DNA of 64,000 nucleotides from Octopus bimaculoides. Taxonomy: Eukaryota. Under the pieces are notes generated by a model, which made no database searches, had not been told where the DNA came from, and saw nothing but the letters and a program-made list of their open reading frames with translations. Position numbers and translations under genes: made by a program. The stretch lies in contig NC_068992.1 in assembly GCF_001194135.2 (NCBI RefSeq), forward strand, positions 10,004,526 to 10,068,525, written 5' to 3'. Below are positions 26,985-64,000 of the stretch, piece by piece. Position 1 is the first letter of the stretch; each line of letters begins with the position of its first letter.

Positions 26985-29159
26985 NNNNNNNNNNAATCGT
27001 CCAACCCATGCTAGCATGGAAAGCGGATGTTAAATGATGATGAATGTAAAGACAGATGAAAAGCTGTTAAACATTTTGTCAGTGTGCCACCTTAATAATG
27101 ACGATGACGACAACGACAATGATGATGATGACAATGATGATGATGATGATGATGATGACGATGATAATCCTTTCTACTATAGGCACAAGGCCTGAAATTT
27201 TCAGGGAGGGGTAAGTCAATTATATTGACCCCAGTGCTCAATTCTACTTATCTTATCAACCCCAGAAAGATGAAAGGCAGAGTCGACCTCAGCAGGATTT
27301 GAACTCAGAACTTGAAGTCAGAAGAGACGGCACCAAGTATTTTGTCCAATGTGCTAATGATTCTGCCAGCTTGAAGAATAAAACAAAGAAATCTGTGAAA
27401 AATCTGAAACAAGACAAGAATAACATAGAAATACCATGGTTTGTATGTGTCATCAGAGCTAGAACAGAGTGTGATGGTGGTGCTGCCATCTGGGGGTGAG
27501 GGAGATAAGATGCCTGGAAAGATGTTATATTTAACAACATNNNNNNNNNNNNNNNNNNNNNNNNNNNNNNNNNNNNNNNNNNNNNNNNNNNNNNNNNNNN
27601 NNNNNNNNNNNNNNNNNNNNNNNNNNNNNNNNNNNNNNNNNNNNNNNNNNNNNNNNNNNNNNNNNNNNNNNNNNNNNNNNNNNNNNNNNNNNNNNNNNNN
27701 NNNNNNNNNNNNNNNNNNNNNNNNNNNNNNNNNNNNNNNNNNNNNNNNNNNNNNNNNNNNNNNNNNNNNNNNNNNNNNNNNNNNNNNNNNNNNNNNNNNN
27801 NNNNNNNNNNNNNNNNNNNNNNNNNNNNNNNNNNNNNNNNNNNNNNNNNNNNNNNNNNNNNNNNNNNNNNNNNNNNNNNNNNNNNNNNNNNNNNNNNNNN
27901 NNNNNNNNNNNNNNNNNNNNNNNNNNNNGGGGGGAGGGAAGAGGAAAGCAGCTTGATTGTGAAAATAATGCTGGAGATGAGGAGTAGGAGGAGAGAGGAT
28001 AGAAGCAGAGAGTGGTGGGAGGGCAGAGGCTAATGACAATGGTCATAGTGATTGTGATGATTGTGATGATGGTGACGGATAACGATGACGACGGCAATGA
28101 TGATGATGATGACGATGATAGTGGTGGTAGTATTGCTAATACTGCTGCTGCTGCTGAAGGTGATGACGATGATGACACTAGTGACAACATGTCGGACAGT
28201 GACCCACAGCAACAATAACAACGGAAGACAGAGGGCGCTGACGATGATAATGATGGTAGTGACAATGGATGATGAGGAAGATGATGATGATGATGATGGT
28301 GATGGTGACGATGATATTGATGGTGCTGCTGATGATGTTGATGATAATGATGTGGGTGTTGCTGATGTATTGATAACAAAAATGATGGTGAGGAGGAGGA
28401 GGAGAGGGGGAGGATGAGGGGGAGGAGGATGAGGAGGATAAACAATGACAATGGCGACATCGAAAGTAAAGCATTGCATTTATTCATTTGTTTTGCCAAG
28501 TAAATAAATACACACTCCCCCCTCCCCCATGAATCTACACACATATGTATACATATGTATATACATGTGTGTGTGTGTGTGTGTGTACACATGCCTGTGT
28601 GTGTATGTGTGTGTGTCTACATCTAAGTACACACACATTTTTGTTTAGTCTGTTTGTTTATCAGACAGTCTGTCTGCCAGCCTGTCTGCCAGCCTGTCAG
28701 TATGTCAGTCTGTCAGTCTACCTGTCTGGTGGTATTTTGTTGGTAGTGCCAAGAAAACATGTAGAAATCCTTAAATTCTATTCGGCTTTGCATTGTCATG
28801 AAACCAATATTGGCATTTAAAGACTTGGGCTGGCAGCTTCCAACCCAACAGGTTTCTTGTTACATTCTTCTTTACTCTCTTCATCTCCTCTTTTCTTCTT
28901 TTATATTCTTCATCTGTGTTAGTGTTCTTGTGGTTATTGCTGTTGCTCTGGTGGTTGTTGATGCCATTGTTCTGATTTCTTTTTTATATTTGTCTTTGGC
29001 TTTATTTTATGTTTTGTTTGTATTCTTGATTCTTTTATTCTCATTCATTTTTGCATTCCATTTTTCCTTCTCCTTCTCTCTTTCTTTTACTTTCTTTTGT
29101 TAGATCTTGTTATTTCACATGCATATGTGTGTTGTATAAGCAAATTCATGCATGCATGT

Positions 29160-29195
<36 letters not shown>

Positions 29196-29713
29196 CATCA
29201 TCATCGTCATTTAACGTCCGCTTTCCATGCTAGCATGGGTTGGACGATTTGACTGAGGACTGGTGAACCAGATGGCTACACCAGGCTCCAATCTGNNNNN
29301 NNNNNNNNNNNNNNNNNNNNNNNNNNNNNNNNNNNNNNNNNNNNNNNNNNNNNNNNNNNNNNNNNNNNNNNNNNNNNNNNNNNNNNNNNNNNNNNNNNNN
29401 NNNNNNNNNNNNNNNNNNNNNNNNNNNNNNNNNNNNNNNNNNNNNNNNNNNNNNNNNNNNNNNNNNNNNNNNNNNNNNNNNNNNNNNNNNNNNNNNNNNN
29501 NNNNNNNNNNNNNNNNNNNNNNNNNNNNNNNNNNNNNNNNNNNNNNNNNNNNNNNNNNNNNNNNNNNNNNNNNNNNNNNNNNNNNNNNNNNNNNNNNNNN
29601 NNNNNNNNNNNNNNNNNNNNNNNNNNNNNNNNNNNNNNNNNNNNNNNNNNNNNNNNNNNNNNNNNNNNNNNNNNNNNNNNNNNNNNNNNNNNNNNNNNNN
29701 NNNNNNNNNNNNN

Positions 29714-29757
<44 letters not shown>

Positions 29758-30132
29758 ACAAACTGAGGAAAAGAAATCCTTCAAAGGGGTATGTTAAACA
29801 TCCAATTCACTCTATGTTTAATTTAAGATATATGTATGTATGTATATACACAAGCATATATGGGTACAGGGCATCACCAATGGTTCAAACAACATGAAAT
29901 ACGTAAACAAGCGACAATATGTGTCTGTATGAAGAGCTTTCATCATTTAGAAACCTTACTGTTGCTTTTTCTTTAAACTTCTTGTTTCATTATCACAATA
30001 ATTAAAAAGCATTTCAGAATCATTTACTTTTAATGCGAAAAAACAAAACTGACATAATTTCTTGACAGCCAAATTTGGTGCAGCTGTTTGGCTGTGCATA
30101 GAGGCAACACACACACACACACGCACACACAC

Positions 30133-30171
<39 letters not shown>

Positions 30172-30181
30172 NNNNNNNNNN

Positions 30182-30222
<41 letters not shown>

Positions 30223-30506
30223 ACCTGACATTCTCCCAATGATGTTCTGAGAGAGTTCTGTGTTTATCAACAAGTCTCACTCAGACAAAATATTATTGCA
30301 ACTAGTGCCATTCCATGTTTCTATATACACATCATAAATGTTATAAGCATCAGTATTTTAATCTAACACTTTTTCAAGTGTGTATATTAATATATGTAAA
30401 TAGATATAAGTCCTTCTCTCTCTTCCATACACACTCTGTGTGTGTGTGTGTGTGAGTATATATATATATATATATATATATCATCAATATATATATATAT
30501 ATATAG

Positions 30507-30556
<50 letters not shown>

Positions 30557-31007
30557 ATATATATATGTCTGTATATATATATATATATGTATGTATATAT
30601 ATATATATATGCATGTATATGTATATATATATGTATGTATGTATATATATGCATATATGTACATATATATATNNNNNNNNNNNNNNNNNNNNNNNNNNNN
30701 NNNNNNNNNNNNNNNNNNNNNNNNNNNNNNNNNNNNNNNNNNNNNNNNNNNNNNNNNNNNNNNNNNNNNNNNNNNNNNNNNNNNNNNNNNNNNNNNNNNN
30801 NNNNNNNNNNNNNNNNNNNNNNNNNNNNNNNNNNNNNNNNNNNNNNNNNNNNNNNNNNNNNNNNNNNNNNNNNNNNNNNNNNNNNNNNNNNNNNNNNNNN
30901 NNNNNNNNNNNNNNNNNNNNNNNNNNNNNNNNNNNNNNNNNNNNNNNNNNNNNNNNNNNNNNNNNNNNNNNNNNNNNNNNNNNNNNNNNNNNNNNNNNNN
31001 NNNNNNN

Positions 31008-31057
<50 letters not shown>

Positions 31058-32194
31058 TTTATTGGTATGTAAATCTATGTGCAAGTGGGTGTATGTGCAA
31101 GTGTGCGTTTGTGTGTGTGTGTGTGTGTATGTAAATATGAATGTATGTGTGTGGTGATGCCTGCCTTGTTTGGCTAGAAATGGAGCTTATGGAAGTACAA
31201 TACTAATTGTCAAGTGTCTACAAATATTAACAGACACACATGTACACACACACGTATGCATGCACACACACACACACACACACAATACTTTTTATCACGA
31301 AGAACCATCAAGTGGTATACATGCTTACATGCTGATACACACATACACACAGACACACTGACACATACACATATACAAATACACTCCCACTCACATACTC
31401 ACACACGTACCAATATGCACATAAACACTCACATGTGAAAAAAAAAACAACTATCTACATAAATTTCAACAAATGCTTTGTGCTTGACAGCCCGTCACAA
31501 ATCCATAACTCAAATCTCACAGTAGCCATTGCTTCGTGTTCCTTAATGGGCACATAACTCTGTTTGCTTCAGTATGCTTGACTGATCAAAACACACGCAC
31601 ACACTCTATGTTCCTACTTCACAGCTGTGCATGTCTTTTGATATATAACAGTAGGAAGGATGTATAGCTACACAAAAAACAATTGCTCTACCTCATCAAC
31701 CATCTGATTTATTCAAGCATAGAAAATGAATGTAAAATAATAACTCTCTCCTATGTATCTCCTGGTTTGTTTCAAGTATCCCATATAGGAATAAAATGGT
31801 TTCTATAGTTACGGCAAAGAAGGCCAATCTTGAGAGATTGCGGCACTAAATAAAAGTTATACTTTGTGTGAGAGAAATTTCTGTCTTATCCAAGAAGAAA
31901 AGACACAGTTCTTTCTTTGTCCAAGAGTAAAATGCAACTTGTCTACAAGAGCTTCTTTTGGATATATAGGTGTATATATATCTTTCTCTTTCTCTTTTAC
32001 TTGTTTCAGTAATTTGACTGTGGCTATGCTGGAGCACCGCCTTTAGTCGAGCAAATCGACCCCAGGACTTATTCTTTGTAAACCTAGTACTTATTCTATC
32101 GGGATCTTTTGCCGAACTGCTAAGTTACGGGGACGTAAACACACCAGCATCGGTTGTCAAGTGATGTTGGACAAACACAGACACACAAATATGA

Positions 32195-32245
<51 letters not shown>

Positions 32246-32439
32246 TGTGTGTGTGTACCCTTCCCCCAGGCACATCGACTTGCCTCTGTTCAAGTATCAG
32301 AATGATGTACANNNNNNNNNNTATATATATATATATATATATATGCATGTATACATGTGTATATATATGTATACATACATACAGCCCTCAGAAAAAATTA
32401 AGCTAAGAGCATTAGATTCCTTGGAAGAAAGCAACGAAC

Positions 32440-32473
<34 letters not shown>

Positions 32474-32589
32474 GTGTGTGTACCCTTCCCCCAGGCACAT
32501 CGACTTGCCTCTGTTCAAGTATCAGAATGATGTACAAAGCCTGACTTTCCATTCTAAGAGATCCTGTTCCATTTCATGCAATGACTGAT

Positions 32590-34260
32590 ATCCATTTTAT
32601 AGCTGAGGACTTCAATGATCATGTTGGGAAACATTAGTATTTGACCCATGGAATCACATAAAGGCACATGGAGGTCATTGCTGTGGCTTAGGATGTGAAG
32701 AAGGGGTTCTTGTATTGTTTATGATACAAATTTAAGAAAACCAGACAGCTGGTCACCTGCTATTCCAGATGTGATGAGGGCAAGAGGAGTTTTATTCTTG
32801 CCCATAAAAAGAGTCTGGTCAATAATTATAAACATTAAGTCCTTAGCAAAAATTTATAATTAATGAGAATCAAGTTGAAAATAAGTTGAAAGACAAATCA
32901 GGAATAAAAGAGAGAAGGTGTTGAAGTTGGAATATTCCTATGTGAGGTGAAGTTTTATTCAGTACTGAGATGCTTATATATAGAGAGAAATTGGGAAGTT
33001 AAAAGTACAAGACAGAATCATAGGTGGATGGTTGTAATGAATGATACACTCTAAACACTTTTGAAGAATTCTGTGGTTGGAGCAGGGGCTCAGTCAATCA
33101 ATGCATGACAAGTAATGCTTAGGCCACAAAGACTAAATGACTGGCCTGATAGGCACAAAAGAAAGGTTTTAGCAGGGTAAAATGTTAAGAATAATACAAA
33201 GAATATATATGCATGTATACACACATATATGTACATACTTACATCTACATGTGTATATAGATGCATATCAGGGTACAGGACGTTAGAACAATGAACTACA
33301 GACCACGGAATGAACACATAGGAAAACAGATAGCCACTTGGAATTAATCCTTTGCCAGCTGCCTCTATTCTAACTAGATGTTTCGAAAAGATGATAGATT
33401 TATGTTACCAGGTAAGAGTCTGTGAGTGAAATGTAAGTTAGTGTTCTGTGTTGGAAGCATGACAAGAATGTTGCATTCTCAATTGCAGTTCATTTTGTTT
33501 AGATTTATCAAGATTTCTTTGAGGGGAAAAGTGTGTCCAAAACAAAACTTACCCTCAATAACAGGGGAAAGAAAGAGGTACGGAAGTGTCACAATGAAAC
33601 GATGTTTAATAAGAAATATGAAAGTGATAGCGAACAATTAATATGAGCAGTACCAATGTAAGAGACACCTTGAGAGATTGCAAAGTATGAAGAAAACGAT
33701 GTCAGGAAAACAATTTACAAGTCTATCAGGGATAGCTGTGAAGATACTAAGAATATATTAATGGTATGCTTATTACTTAGTTAATCAGATTATGCAAGAA
33801 TGTGTTATTCATCATGACTGGTGTAGTAAAATCAATCTAAATTGCTGAGATAGACAAGCTAGAGAGGCTGACGGCTGCTGGAACATGTAATGAAATTAGT
33901 TGGGAGCATTATAGTGAAGTTAATACAAAATAGAATTTATTTGATTAAGATACCATTTTGGTTTGTACCAATATGCTACATTTCTTATGTACTAATGACA
34001 AAGAAGTTCTTAGTTAAGAATATACCACTCTACTTTGCATTTTATAACCTAAAGAAAGCCTTTGGCTGGATCACATGTTCCGTAGTGTGAAAGGTGCTGG
34101 GAAAATTTTAGGATAAATGAATGAGTCCTGAGGGCAATTGAAGTCATGTACAAAGGATATACAAGCAACTCAATGACTAACAGGGATTTCAATGATGACT
34201 GGGTCATACAAGGAAGTATCCATTATTTTCCTGTTCTCACTTTTATCTAATCTGTCTTCA
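32590..34260 (+). mobile_element. Decayed RTE LINE (endonuclease and RT remnants), interrupted by another repeat at ~33190-33420
   Basis: IAEDFNDHVGKH ~ APE motif GDFNGHVG; KKFLVKNIPLYFAFYNLKKAFGWI ~ RT motif EKY..KNKPLY.AFVDLEKAFDRV; many stops. Confidence 0.75.
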
Positions 34261-34406
34261 GACAGTAATGGTAGGTCCATTACTGGGATGTCCTTAATAA
34301 TTTCATAGTGAAAATGCTTGGTTTAGTGGTTAGGGCATTCAGCTCCCAATTGTAAGGTTATAAATTCAATTACTGGTGGTATTTCTTAGTCAAAGACTTG
34401 ATGTAA

Positions 34407-34442
<36 letters not shown>

Positions 34443-34919
34443 ATGTATGTATAATGTTAAATATTCCTGGGTGTGTTGAATTAATATAAAGAAAATGCTT
34501 TTGCCTAAGGAGCCTTAAAGTTTTAAAGAATCTGATATATTTTGGTGGGGATGCTCTTTGATTGTTGGAGTTCACTCTCTGAAGGTCAATCCACTTAAGT
34601 GATTTTGATCAGGAGGTTGGTGTGCTTCTTGTATCAGTCCTTTTCTGAGATGCTTCAGAGTGTAGAGTTACAGGTTGATAGGATTTACTTCTTCATATAC
34701 CTATCTGTGTGTGTGTGTGAGTGTGTGTATTTCTTTGATTTTTTTTAACTTGTTTCATTCATTTGACTTCGGCCATGCTGGAGCACCACCTTTAGTTGAA
34801 CAAATCAACCTCAGGACTTATTCTTTGTAAGCCTGATACTTATTCTATCGGTCTCTCTTCATTTGATGGTGGTGGTGGTGGTGGGGGGACAAACACAGAC
34901 ACACAAATATACACACACA

Positions 34920-34974
<55 letters not shown>

Positions 34975-35728
34975 ACACAAGATGGGCTTCTTTCAGCTTC
35001 CGCCTACCAAATCCACNNNNNNNNNNNNNNNNNNNNNNNNNNNNNNNNNNNNNNNNNNNNNNNNNNNNNNNNNNNNNNNNNNNNNNNNNNNNNNNNNNNN
35101 NNNNNNNNNNNNNNNNNNNNNNNNNNNNNNNNNNNNNNNNNNNNNNNNNNNNNNNNNNNNNNNNNNNNNNNNNNNNNNNNNNNNNNNNNNNNNNNNNNNT
35201 ATATATATATATATATATATGAAGGGCTTCTATTAGTTTCCATCTACCAAATCCACTCACAAGGCTTTGGTCAGCCTGAGGCTATAGTAGAAGACACATG
35301 CCCAAGGTGCCACATCCAGAGCCATGTGATTGGGAAGCGAGCTTCTTACCATACAGCCACACACAGACACAGACACACAGACAGACAGACACACACACAC
35401 ACAACCGTACACTCATACAAGCATGCAAATCCACACACACACTCACTCATAAAGCCATACTCATACACACACACACACACACAAGCATACACTCTTACAA
35501 CCACACAAATTCACACACGCCCATACTCATACAACCATACACATGCACGCACATACACCATACACACATGCATACACAAACATACACATAGTTTACTATG
35601 AAACACACACACACACACACATATATGTGCATGTATGAAGATATATTGGTCGGAAATGTTTTAACTAGGGGAACATCTCTGTTCAATCACCGATTTGGTT
35701 TTCCTCGACAGTGTTCTCCCCTCAAAAA

Positions 35729-63913
<28,185 letters not shown>

Positions 63914-63956
63914 GTAATTATGCCTTCGTTTATCCTTAATAACATGATCCAGCAAA

Positions 63957-64000
<44 letters not shown>

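Noticed and set aside
32240-32540. Exact ~70-bp direct duplication (cccttcccccaggcacatcgac...gatgtac)
   Set aside because: The copies flank a 10-N placeholder gap, so this is most likely an assembly overlap artefact; the same pattern occurs at 44485-44580
33365-33420. Possible fourth hammerhead remnant on the - strand
   Set aside because: The core reads CTGGTAA and the stems are too degraded to support

Overview
AT-rich, gap-ridden eukaryotic DNA. The SINE families, RTE LINE tails and very dense microsatellites point to an octopus (draft Octopus-type assembly; inference). The one gene I can support is a multi-exon + strand AP5B1 (AP-5 complex subunit beta-1). Its ATG is at 35729, and I placed 17 GT-AG coding exons up to 63913; the gene continues past the window. 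The translated exons match my recollection of human AP5B1 motif by motif. Most junctions are phase-compatible, but three are not closed: 42779->44148, 58983->61771, and the last three exons, whose phases suggest two exons may be in swapped order. The first ~35 kb has no identifiable protein-coding gene. It holds SINEs, LINE remnants (RTE, CR1/L2-like), DD37D Tc1/mariner derivatives, microsatellites, minimal hammerhead-ribozyme-like motifs and a possible ATG-ending first exon of a - strand gene near 14.2 kb. Nearly all ORFs in the supplied track are artefacts of microsatellites, SINEs or N gaps. I found no convincing novel multi-gene system; no tRNA, rRNA or CRISPR is supported.
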